DNA of 64,000 nt, from the NCBI RefSeq assembly GCF_009914755.1, contig NC_060934.1. One strand, written 5' to 3'. Numbering within the stretch: the first letter of the stretch is position 1; each line of letters opens with the position of its first letter. Under the pieces are notes generated by a model that saw nothing but the letters and a program-made list of their open reading frames with translations, made no database searches and was not told the origin of the DNA. Below are positions 44,343 through 61,451 of the stretch, piece after piece. Position numbers and translations under genes: made by a program. This DNA is from the human T2T-CHM13v2.0 reference genome, Homo sapiens.

Positions 44343-46539
44343 ATGTAAGTGAATGTGCATTTTAATAGCTTTTTCATTCTACATACTATAGTTCATTTTA
44401 TTTGCGTGTCTACTCTCCTCTTATTGCATGATTTATGAGAGTAGTTCCACATGCCTTAAAGGAAATAGCAGTCCTGTATGCAGTCATCCCACTTTAGCAG
44501 CATATGACACTTTGAAAATATATGATTTAGCATATTCCTTTTTTGTTAAAACTTTTCAAATATGTTTATTATAATTACTCAAATGTTGAGGGTGTTAGGA
44601 AATATAAATGCACGAAGATACAGACAATAAAAGTTATGTTTTAGGCAGAACTAGGGAATGGTTTATTTTAAATAGGAAGTAACTATGTATTCCATGCTTA
44701 TTTGTTTTTCAAAAATGTTATATCTCAAAACATGTTTAGTGCTAAAAATACTCTATCATTTAATCTGAGTTCTCAGAACTTAGTGCAGGATGTGTGTGAG
44801 CCAGAGAATTATCATATGGACATTAGTCATTCTGCTGTTGTTTGGGGCCAGGTAGTAGACATTTCTTGTTAAGAGATTGCCTAATAAGTCAGCCTTGACT
44901 CTTTTGCCTTATATTTAGGAGTGGAATCCTAGTAACACAAAGGAACAGAGAAATATAATGGCTAATATAATCAGCAATTCAGTTTATAAAGCTTAGCCAT
45001 AAGCCTTTAAAGTTTATAAAAGAGTTTTGTTTCTTTTCATCTAACAAGTATTTTTTTTGTGCTCTGTATAAGATACAATGGTAGGAATTAATTTATTCAA
45101 CAAAAGTTTGATGATCCCCTTTCATCCCAGATATTTGGCTTTCAAACTAGAAGTGGGGAATTAGGGAAGGAAATACAGACAAATAAGGATTCCTCTGTTT
45201 ATAAGTACTTCTTAAGAAATTGGGAATGCATTGATGTAGTTAAAGTGCTGTGTAAGTCTATAAGGTTCAAAGGATGTGGGAAAGTCTAGTTGAAAGAATC
45301 AAGGAGCTTGGTGAAGAAAATGAAGGTTGTGTTTGAATCATAGAAAGCAAAAGATACCAACAGAAAAAGATGATGTGATATTATTTAATGTCAAAGGCGG
45401 TGGAAGCTCATCTGTTTGCAGACAGTTGTTTAATAGAAGACCATGCCCCTTGCTTCTAGATGGAAGTTTGGGCTTTCCAGGTGTCTCCATTTACCCCATA
45501 GGGATGTTATGCCTTATAATTGTACTACTAAGAAGACTGGTGATTCCATTAAGCATGATAAGTTCCATTTTGCCATCCTCATGGAAGTCTTTATACCACC
45601 TCTGGCTCCTTCAGCCTCACTGTTCTGGAAACTGGATGTTAGTCTTCCTCCTCATCAGACAAAAGTAACTATAAAAAAAGTAACTATAAAAGTTACTATA
45701 GGAATCATCTGGCCAAATACCTTTGTTTTGTAGATAAGGTAGCAAAAGCTGGGGAGATTAACTGGCATAGCAAAGTTCCCATAATTAATAAGTGGCTGAG
45801 CTAGTACTATAACTTAGGACTCTTGACTGCTAGTTCTAGGTTCTTTTCCCCAAAAGCACATTGAAGAGCCTTTGAAGGAGAGTGGTTTGCTGCCAACAGC
45901 AGCAGAGCAAAAATTTGAATGTATTGAGATTTGTCCAAGGGGATTTTGTGTCACTTAATGGCTGCAAATAAGATCTCTGAAGTAGAGAATCAACAGGAAA
46001 TAAGAGGAAGAAATATAGTAGTAGAAAAGGGGAAAGGAGGAAAAGCAGATATTCACTTGCTTATTCAGCAGATATTTATGTGCCTACTTCATGCCAGGCA
46101 CTGTATTAATTTGGATGTGTAAATATAAAGAAGAATATAAAAATACATGTGTAAATATAAAGTTCCATCCCTCAAGATGCTTGTAGAAACCTCCAGTGTG
46201 CTTAAATGATAGTAAGCTCACTCTTTTTCTGCATGTGAAGAAGCTAAGACTAAGAAGTGACTTATGCAAGTGTTTACACAACTTGTATACAGCAGTCTTA
46301 TTTTAGTTGCTTTTCTTTTGAATGGTTGCAGGAGGGTGAGGGGGCTAGAAGGAATAGAGAAGAGAAAAGGATCATAGCTCTGGGAAGGGAGGACAGAGGC
46401 TTAATCTTAGTGAGAGATCACAATAAGGACTTAACTTCCCTGAGAGGAAAAAAAACAGGTGCCCAGGTTTGCACTGCATGGTAGAAGACTTAGCAGTATA
46501 CTGTGATAATCCATAGAAACATACTTGTATTTTAAAAGT

Positions 46540-46928
<389 letters not shown>

Positions 46929-48359
46929 TGAGTACAAAGAAATCTTTTGACATATTAAATTATGTAAGTCATTTTCTCAATAGAAATAATAAAATTCAAT
47001 ACCTCTCATTAAAAGCATGAAAAAATAGAATACTAAGAATACTTTATGAGTAACCTGAGGCCAAAATATGTACGTTTAAAAGAGAAGTACTGTAAAGTGG
47101 ATTTTTCCTTTCCTATTTTTATTGAGAGATAACGATATATTTATTCTATAGCAAATATAGAAAATAGAGAAGCAAAACAACTTAAGAAAAATTTAAAGTA
47201 CTTAAATCATACAAGCCAATGACAGTCATTGTTAACATTTTATATATGGTCTTCCAGCCTTTTTTGGTGTTGTGTGTATATGTGTATGTGCCATCTGTCA
47301 TCTCTATTTAGATGGGATTATGTTGTATATGTGGCATTTTAACCTACGTAGGTAGTGGTGATGGTGGTTGCTATTAATATTTGGTTTGATTTTTTTACTA
47401 AACCAAAATGAAGAAATGCATTACCTTTAATCAAGTTAAGGAATTAATTCCTTTACTGGATGGTCTTTGTAAGGTTCTTGAAATAAATTACTACAGTTTT
47501 TTTTCTGAAAGGTTTATACAGGCTTATACTACCACCAACTAAGTATGACCAGAAAGTGGCTTGGTGGCCGTGATGTTAGGTTGTGTGATTCAAGTGTTTG
47601 ATGTCATTAGTTTATTTAAAAAAAGCCCCTGATATTTCCCTCCACAAACGAGGAAATACAAGGGCAGGAGGGTTACCCCTTGTGCCCCACACTATCATTT
47701 CAGGTGGTACTGGGAAGCCACTCCCAACTATTTATGTTATGACCATTCCTGTTATGTAATGTTTTCTTACCTTACAAATTCTTTCTTCCTCCTGGCCTGA
47801 AAACCATTTTATCATGCTATTTTCTGCATATATTCAACCTCAGCTTTTGTGTATATCAATACACAAAATTTTTTATATATTTTATATATATTGATTTTAT
47901 ATATATTGATCCTCAGAATTTTAGGAGTTTTTTTCTGCCTGTAGTAAAATTTGGCTTTCATGCTACAGGTGCTTTTGGTGTTAGAACTGTACTGATAAAG
48001 ATCAAAACTGTTTGGGTTTGGTTTGGTTATTATTTGTGAGACTGAACCCAGCAAGGGAATAGTGGCTAGTCACCTGGTGGGTGCTCTTCATTTAGGGCAA
48101 GACAAAGGTTTCTACTACCGTAGGGAGTTGCCTAAGCCATGCTGTAGGCATAGTACAGGATGTTTTTAAGTATAAGTTTTTAAGAACAGTGTTTTCAGCA
48201 TTGAGGACCAGAGTGTGAAGCACGTCTTAGTGGAGTAAGGGGTCTATCTTCTGCTTGGGAAAGCAATAATGTAGTGTTATAAACTCCCCTGAGCCTTGCA
48301 TTATAAAAAGAGGGCAGCCATAGGACCGTATTCCAGAATTGAGAATGCCCTACTCTAGA

Positions 48360-48531
48360 GCGGCACAGTCCTATACAACTTTCTGTGCTGTCCATTGTAG
48401 TAGCCTGTAGCTACATGTGACTGTTGAGCACTTGAAAATGAAGGAAGAGAATTTTAAATTTTGTTTAGTTGTAATTAATTTAAATGTAAATAGTCACATG
48501 TAGCTAATTGACATCATTTTGGACAAAGCAG
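48360..48531. mobile_element. MER3-like hAT relic
   Basis: tgtgctgtccattgtagtagcc..tacatgtgactgttgagcacttgaaa..tagtcacatgtagct..ttggacaaagcag. Confidence 0.65.
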
Positions 48532-49630
48532 CCCTGGACCTAATGATATCTACTTACATGGATATGGAAAGCTACCTAGAACAATAAGTAAAGGGCAAGT
48601 CAGTAAAAGCAGTTTTCAGAAGAAATGAAGGAAAATAAAAAACATGGAGTTCAGATTTAGGTGGAGGAAAAAAGAGGGAAAAGAGATAAGAATGAGCCGT
48701 AAGAGCAGAAAATGATACTTCCAGAGGAAAGTGGGGCAATTATTTTTCTTATCTGAGGGGCAAAATACCCGGATACAATGGTGAAATGAGTAACGCGAAA
48801 AGAAGAATAACAATATGGAAGATGCCTAATCATTCACATGAAAATAGTTGATATTACTGTGAATACTGCTGGAGGTTGTTGGTTATGCGAGAAATCAAGA
48901 TTCATTTTAAACATAAAAACTTACGAAACTATTTTTAAGCATAGTGTACAGATCCATGTACAAGCATATTCTTAAAAATTAGCATTATCTTGGACTGAAT
49001 TTATTTTTATGTATTTCCAATACTGTTTTAAAAGCATTTAACATCAGTATTTAAAAATATGAATATTCTGCACGTTAAGTAAATTGTAAAATCTTATGAT
49101 ATGTACCTTTTGTAGTCCATTTGTTTGAACACCTCAAGTTAACCAGAGAAGCCAAAATATTAGAAAAAAGAAACATTTCTGGACTCATACCTTCAAATGC
49201 CTTATTACTTATCCCCTTGAATCTCTACGCAGGGAGAACAGGTTAGACCCAAAGGATCTACCTGACCTGTCATGTAATTACCTGACCTGGATTACTCTGA
49301 AAATTGAGTACATGAATACACAGACTGTTGTATCGGTATCAGTGTGAAAAGGTGCCTACAAGTTAAAATTCTGAATGGGCACAATTCGATCTAATGCTAA
49401 TTTTCTCTCATATTTTTAAGAACTAACTCTGTTATATATAGCAAAGAGGCAAGAAAAGGTGATTTTATATACATTAAAAATGATCTGTTGGAATTATAGT
49501 ACTGAATCAAAGATTAATCCATGTTACGGTATATATAAAAGATATGCATATGTAATTTATATAAGTTCAGCAATTGGAATATGGTCAGCATTGTCAACCA
49601 CCCTTTTTGTGCTTAGAATTAGGTTTTTGG

Positions 49631-49901
<271 letters not shown>

Positions 49902-50279
49902 GACTTAGGTTTTTGGGCCTCAGATATACTGGGTCAAGTATTTTCCCATCATAAATATTTATAAAATAGAAAAGGAAAAAGCAGAAAACTATCACAGTTA
50001 CATCACAAAAATCACATCAAATGTTTATAATTTCCAAAGGAGACAGATTTTACCTAGTTTCTAGCAACCGTGGAAATTTATCAGCAAAGAACTCCACTCT
50101 ATTTTTTCTTGCCTGAGAAATGGGATGGAACGCTAACCAAAAGACAGTGCAGGCAAACGATTTATCTTATGAATAATCTCCCCCAAATCCATTTTCTTAG
50201 ACCATATTCTTTCCTGATTTGGAAATGGGCAAAATTATTGGTTAATTTTTATGTTGGAAAAATGTCAATTTTTTTTCTT

Positions 50280-50907
<628 letters not shown>

Positions 50908-50977
50908 AAATGTCCTGATTTTAAATTTTAATGAGCCCATTTATTTCTCTGGAGAGACGTTGCATGCATGTGTGCAT

Positions 50978-51009
<32 letters not shown>

Positions 51010-52453
51010 TTCAAAGGGAATTACTTCTTTGCTAAGGCCTTTTATTTGTATTCACTATTACTTATATTTTTAAATGCCACTAAAAGTATTTTTAGAGAAA
51101 ATCACATATACATTGGTGTTTAAATAAGTGATATTTATGATCTGGTCATACAGTTATTTTTAAATTATTCAATGTTTTACTCAATATTAGACATTGGCCA
51201 TGGAATACAGCCTGTGTTTTGATGATCTGAATGTTGACAGGAGCCATCTGTGTTGCTGAGACATTGTGTGGCATGCAGAATTTATGACAACACAAGAATT
51301 CTTTTATGTTTGTCATTTCTTCTATTTTTTTTTAAACATTAGTGCTGTGACTTTCTTTCATGTATACAGGTTAAACCAATAACCGAAAAAACATAATTGT
51401 TTCTTAAGGATACGAACAAATTAAATATGGATATTATAGCAGTTGAGTGGTTTATTGGTTGTAAGTTTACAGTTACCTAAATCTGTATTTTTCAATACCA
51501 GATACTAGAACTATAGAAGGCATTTTTGAAACTTTGTTTAAAGTATCCATTGGAAGAAGCAAAGTTTGCCTGTAGTGTAATTACAAAAGAGTGATAAGAA
51601 GTTGCAAAAAATGTGGAGATCTTTTTTATTTTTCAACCAATTTTCCACATTAGTTACATTTTACATAATTGTAGTACAATATCAAAACCAGGAAATTGAC
51701 ATTAGTGATGGTGTGTGTGCACGCTTCTGTGCCATTTTATAACTTGTGTAGTAACTGTGCCATTTTATAACTTGTGTAGTAATGATCATCATATTTAAGG
51801 TATAGAACTATTGTACCACCACAGCATTTTCCCATGTGTGGTACCTCTTTGCATTCTAACCATTCTCACTTTCTCTCACCATTCCTAACCTCTGGTAACC
51901 ACTAAAACTGTTTTACATCTTTATAATTTTGTTATTTTCAGATTTTTTATAAATAGTATCTTACAGTGTTGAACTTTGGAGCTTGGCTTTTTAAAACTAG
52001 CATAACACCCTGGAGATCCATTCAAGTAGTTGTGTGCATCAGTAGTTAGTTTCTTTTTATTGCTGAGTACTGTTCCATGATATGGGTGTACCACAGTTTA
52101 AATAAACTGTTCAAATAAATAATAAAGATGTTGATTCTCCCAATTTATGAATATGGTATGTCTCTCCATTAATTTAAGCATTTTTGATTTCTTTAATCAG
52201 CATTTTTCAGTTTTCAGAACACAGTTCACTACATGCTTTTTTAATTATTATTATTATTTAAGTTCTAGGATACATGTGCACAACGTGCAGGTTTGTTACA
52301 TATGTCTACATGTGCCATGTTGGTGTGCTGCACCTATTAACTCGTCATTTACATTAGGTATATCTCCTAATGCTCTCCCTACCACCTCCCCCAACCCCAC
52401 AACAAGCCCCGGTGTGTGATGTTCCCCTTCCTGTGTCCAAGTGTTCTCATTGT

Positions 52454-56273
<3,820 letters not shown>

Positions 56274-56336
56274 TATGATGTTAGCTGGTTATGTTGCTCG
56301 TTAGTTGATGCAGTTTCTTCCTAGCATCGTTGGTGT

Positions 56337-57353
56337 TTACAATTTGGCATGTTTTTGCAGTGGCTGGTACCAGTTGTTCCTTTCCATGTTTAGTGCTTCC
56401 TTCAGGAGCTCTTTTAGGGCAGGCCTGGTGGTGACAAAGTCTCTCAGCATTTGTTTATCTGTAAAGTATTTTATTTCTCCTTCACTTATGAAGCTTAGTT
56501 TGACTGGATATGAAATTCTGGGTTGAAAATTCTTTTCTTTAAGAATGTTGAATATTGGCCCCCACTCTCTTCTGGCTTGTAGAGTTTCTTCTGAGAGATC
56601 CGCTGTTAGTCTGACGGGTTTCCCTTTGTGGGTAACCCAGCCTTTCTCTCTGGCTGCCCTTAACATTTTTTCCTTCATTTCAGCTTTGGTGAATCTGACA
56701 ATTATGTGTCTTGGAGTTGCTCTTCTCGAGGATTATCTTTGCGGCGTTCTCTGTATTTCCTGAATTTGAACATTGGCCTGCCTTGCTAGGTTGGGGAAGT
56801 TCTCCTGGATAATATCTTGCAGGGTGTTTTCCAACTTGGTTCCATTCTCCCCGTCACTTTCAGGTACACCAATCAGATGTAGATTTGGTCTTTTCACATA
56901 GTCCCATATTTCTTGGAGGCTTTGTTCATTTCTTTTTACTCTTTTTTCTCTAAATTTCTGTTCTCGCTTCATTTCATTCATTTGATCTTCAATCACTGAT
57001 ACCCTTTCTTCCAGTTGATCAAATCGGCTACTGAAGCTTGTGCATTCGTCACGTAGTTCTCGTGCCATGGTTTTCAGCTCCATCAGGTCATTTAAGGACT
57101 TCTCTACACTGGTTCTTCTAGTTAGCCATTCATCTAATCTTTTCTCAAGGTTGTTACCTTCTTTGCATGGGGTTCGAACTTCCTCCTTTAGTTTGAAGAA
57201 GTTTGATCTTCTGAAGCCTTCTTCTCTCAACTTGTCGAAGTCATTCTCCGTCCAGCTTTGTTCCATTGCTGGCGAGGAGCTGCGTTCCTTTGGAGGGGGA
57301 GAGGTGCTCTGATTTTTAGAATTTTCAGCTTTTCTGCTCTGTTTTTTCCCCAT
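56337..57353 (-). pseudogene. L1 ORF1p (338 codons) disrupted by a single premature TAA at 56733-56735 (codon 207)
   Basis: ORFs 56733..57353 and 56337..56678 share a frame; the gap reads SSRRATPRHIIVRFTKAE with no further stop. Confidence 0.9.
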
Positions 57354-57928
57354 CTTTGTGGTTTTATCTACCTTTGGTCTTTGATGATGGTGACCGACAG
57401 ATGGGATTTTGGTGTGGATGTCCTTTCTGTTTGTTAGTTTTCCTTCTAATAGTCAGGACCCTCAGCTGCAGGTCTGTTGGAATTTGCTGGAGGTCCACTC
57501 CAGACCCTGTTTGCCTGGGTATCAGCAGCGGAGGCTGCAGAACAGCGAATATTGCTGAACAGCAAATGTTTCTGCCTGATCATTCCTCTGGAAGCTTCGT
57601 CTCAGATGGGTACCCAGCCGTGTGAGTTTTCAGTCTGCCCCTACTGGGGGGTGCCTCCCAGTTAGGCTACTTGGAAGTCAGGGACCCACTTGAGGAGGCA
57701 GTCTGTCCATTCTCAGATCTCAAACCCCATGCTGGGAGAACCACTACTCTCTTCAAAGCTATCAGACAGGGACATTTAAGTCTGCAGAGGTTTCTGCTGC
57801 CTTTTGTTTGGCTGTGCCCTGCCCCCAGAGGTGGAGTCTACAGAGGCAGGCAGGCCTCCTTGAGCTGAGGTGGGCTCCACCCAGTTCGAGCTTCCCGGCC
57901 ACTTTCTTTACCTACTCAAGCCTCAGCA

Positions 57929-58111
57929 ATGGCAGACACCCCTCCCCCAGCCTTGCTGCCACCTTGCAGTTCAATCTCAGACTGCTGTGCTAGCAATGAG
58001 GGAGGATCCATGGGCGTGGGACCCTCCGAGCCAGGCACAGGATATAATCTCCTGGTGTGCCGTTTGCTAAGACTGTTGGAAAAGTACAGTATTAGAGTGG
58101 GAGTGACCTGA
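57929..58111 (+). other. L1 antisense ORF0 homologue (60 aa, truncated by TGA) in the L1 antisense-promoter region
   Basis: MADTPPPALLPPCSSISDCCASN..GVGPSEPG..IRVGVT resembles primate L1 ORF0 (MAGAPPPASLPPCSLISDCCASN..); Kozak gcaATGG. Confidence 0.8.
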
Positions 58112-58490
58112 TTTTCCAGGATCCGTCTGTCACCCCTTCCCTTGGCTAAGAAAGGGAATTCCTTGACCCCTTGTGCTTCCCGGGTGAGGGGATGCCTCGC
58201 CCTGCTTCCACTCACACTCTGTGGGCTGCATACACTGTCCTGTCCCCACTGTCCAACAAGCCCCAGTGAGATGAAACTGGTACCTCAGTTGGAAATGCAG
58301 AAATCACCCCTCTTCTGGGTTGCTCACGCTGGGAGCTGTAGACTGGAGCTGTTCCTATTCGGCCATCTTCTTTGGTGTAATCTACATGCTTTCTTAGATT
58401 TCTTTCTGGGGTGGTTATAAGTGATACTGTTCGTTAAATTTCACTTTCCCTGTGCTGATTGCTGATACTTAGAAAAAAAATTGATTTCTG

Positions 58491-58790
58491 GGCCATGTGC
58501 GGTGGCTCACGCCTGTAATCCCAGCACTTTGAGAGGCTGAAGTGGGCGGATCACGAGGTCAGGAGATGGAGACCATCCTGGCTAACACAATGAAACTCTG
58601 TCTCTACTAAAAATACAAAATATTATCCAGGCATGGTGGCGGGCACCTGTAGTCCCAGCTATTCAGGAGGCTGAGGCAGGAGAATGGCATTATCCCGGGA
58701 GGTGGATAATTGCAGTGAGCAGAGATAGCGCCACTGCACTCCAGCCTGGGTGGCAGAACGAGACTCTGTCTCCAAAAAAAAAAAAAAAGA
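58491..58790 (+). mobile_element. AluY/Sc-like
   Basis: TSD aaaattgatttctg. Confidence 0.9.
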
Positions 58791-59956
58791 AATAAAATTG
58801 ATTTCTGTATATTGACCTTGTATTTTGTGAACTTAGTAAACTCACTTATAAGTTTGGAGAGTTTTTCTGTAGTTTGGGGTTTTCTATGTTGACCATTATG
58901 TCATCTGTAAATAGTAACAGTGTTCTCACTTTTTGATCTGATGTCTTTTATTTCCCTTCTTTGCATTATGTCACCAGCTTGGATTTTCATTACTATGTTG
59001 AATAAGAATTATGAGAATGGGCATTCTTGCCTTTTTCCTAATCTAAGGGGAAAAAGCATTCAGTCTTTCACCTTTGGGTAGATGTTAGCTATCGATATTT
59101 GGGAGATGGTTTTTATCAAGTTGAAGTAGTTTCCCTCTATTCCTAGATTGCTAAGAGTTTTTATCATGAATATGAGTTGGATTTTGTTACTTTTGTTTTG
59201 GTAATTGCTATGAACCTATGAGTTTTCTTCTTTAGCCTGTTGATTGCACTGATTGATTTTCTAATAGTAAACTAATCTCATAGGCCTGAAATAAACCCCC
59301 TTTAGTCATGGTATGTAGTTCTTTTTATATATTCCTGAATTCTAGTTAGTAGTATTTTGTTAAAGATTTTTACATCTGTATTCTGGGGGTTAATGCTTTT
59401 TATTCTTTATTTTTCTTTTGTTGTACTGTCTTTGTCTGCTTTTGTATTAAGTTAAACCTGGCCTCATAAATACTTTGGAAGGTGTTTTCTTCTCGTCTGC
59501 TTTATGGAAGAGATAGTGTAGAATTAATGTTTAATTCTTCTTTAAACATTTAGTAGAATTTAGCAGTAAAATTATCTGGGCCTGGAGATTTCTTTTTTGG
59601 GAGTTTTAAAGTTATAAATTCAACTTCTTTAATAGTTATTGACCTATTCAAATGACTTCTTTCATCTTGGATGAATTTTGATAGTTTGTGGTTTTGAGGA
59701 ATTGGCCCTTTTTCTCAGTTGTCAAATATATGACTGTAAAGTTGTTCATAATATTCCTTTATTACCTTAATGGCTGGAGGGTCTGTAGTGATATTCCTTA
59801 TTTCATTCTGATTTTGGTAATTTACCTTCTCTCTTTTTCTTTGTCAGTCTTGCTAGTGGTTTGTCAATTTTACAGATCTTTTCAAAGAACCAACATTTTG
59901 TTTTCTTGATTTTCTCTGTTTTTCTATGTTCAATTTCAAGGATCCTGCTCTTTTAT

Positions 59957-61451
59957 AGTGAAAGTGAGTTTATTAGAGAAGTAAAGAAACAAAAGAATTG
60001 TTACTCCATAGACAGAGCCCTGAGGGCTGCTAGTTGGCTATTTTTAATGGTTATTTCTCAATCATATGCTAAGCAAGGGGTGGATTATTCATGAGTTTTC
60101 CGAGAAAGGAACGAGAATTTCCCAAAACTTTAGGTTTCTCTTCCTTTTAAACTATATAGGGCAGCAGTCCCCAACCTTTTTGACATCAGGGACTGGTTTC
60201 ATGGAAGACAACTTTTCCACAGATGGGGAGAGGGTTGTGGGAGCAGTGTGGATGGTTTCAGGATGATTCAAGTGCATTACATTTATTGTGCACTTTATTT
60301 CTATTATGATTACATTGTAATATATAATGAAATAATTATACAACTCACCATAATGTGGAATCAGTGGGAGCCCTGAGCTTATTTTTATGCAGCTAGATGG
60401 TCCTGTCTGGGGGTGATGGGAGACAGTGACAGATTATCTGGCATTAGATTATCATAAGGAGCAAGCAACCTAGATTTCTCGCATGTGCAGTTCACAATAA
60501 AGTTCCTGCTTCTGTGAGAATCTAATGCTGCTGCTGATCTTACTGGAGGCAGAGTTCAGGTGATAATGCAAGCAGTGGGCAGTAGCTGTAAATACAGATG
60601 AAGCTTCAACTCAACTGGCCTGCTGCTCACCTCCTGCTGTGTTGTCAGGTTGCTAATAGCCCATGGATTGGTACTGGTCCGTGGCCCAGGGGTTGGAGAC
60701 CCATGATGTAGGGTAACTTCCAGACATTCCGATGGCATTTGTGAACTGTCAGGTGCTGGTGGGAGTGTCTTTTGGCATGTTAATTTATTATAATTAGCAT
60801 ATAATGAGCAGTAAGGATGACCAGAGGTCACTTTCATTGCCATCTTGGTTGTGGTGGGTTTTGGCCAGCTTCTTTACTGCAACATGTTTTATCGGCAGGG
60901 TCTTTGTGAACTGTTATCTTAATGCCAACCTTCTCATCCAGTGACTCATCCGGTGACTGAGAATGCCTAACCTCCTGGGAATGTAGTCCAGCTGGTCTTA
61001 TCCTCATTTTACCCAGCCCCTGTTCAAGATGGAATTGCTCTGATTCAAATGCTTCTATTTCCCCCTCCCCTTTACAAGGGGACCCTTAATCCTAAAGGTT
61101 GTAGAGGGACCAAGATCCATCTTCTGTAGTATCCTTTGGCTTAATAGGGGTGATGATATTCCTTCCTAACTTGTAGGGTCTCTTGTATTCAAGGTAGAGT
61201 GAAGCGCAGTCATAAAGCAGCTATGTGGTGAAAGCCATTCATAACTCTGAGTCCTGACAAAAGGCGATATTTGGGAGACCAAAGTATTATCTGTTCATGG
61301 TTCGTTATGGAATATATTACCGGAAAGGGGTCTGATCCAGACCCCAAGAGAGGGTTCTTGGATCTCACACAGGAAATTTTGGGTGAGTCCACAGAGTAAA
61401 GTGAAAATGAGTTTATTAGAGAAGTAAAGAAACAAAAGAATGGTTACACCA
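59957..61451 (-). mobile_element. MER41(B-like) ERV1 element: partial LTR 61315-61451, ~260 bp internal with PPT, near-complete LTR 59957-61056 interrupted by MER1A
   Basis: LTR hallmarks ggaaagggg..ccagaccccaagagagggttcttggatc and cagcccctgttcaagatggaattgctctg; purine tract on minus strand at 61058-61073. Confidence 0.78.
60162..60705 (-). mobile_element. MER1A (hAT/Charlie non-autonomous DNA transposon) inserted in the MER41 LTR
   Basis: TIRs cagcagtccccaacc / ggttggagacccatg; ~540 bp; 8-bp TSD at(a/g)taggg 60154-60161/60706-60713. Confidence 0.85.

Noticed and set aside
47704-47742. Possible alternative terminal exon (tttcAG|GTGGTA..TGA, VVLGSHSQLFML*)
   Set aside because: Weak pyrimidine tract and no nearby AATAAA; not distinguishable from chance
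49258-49289. tacctgacctg direct repeat (nuclear receptor half-sites)
   Set aside because: Only 11 bp with non-canonical spacing; plausible by chance
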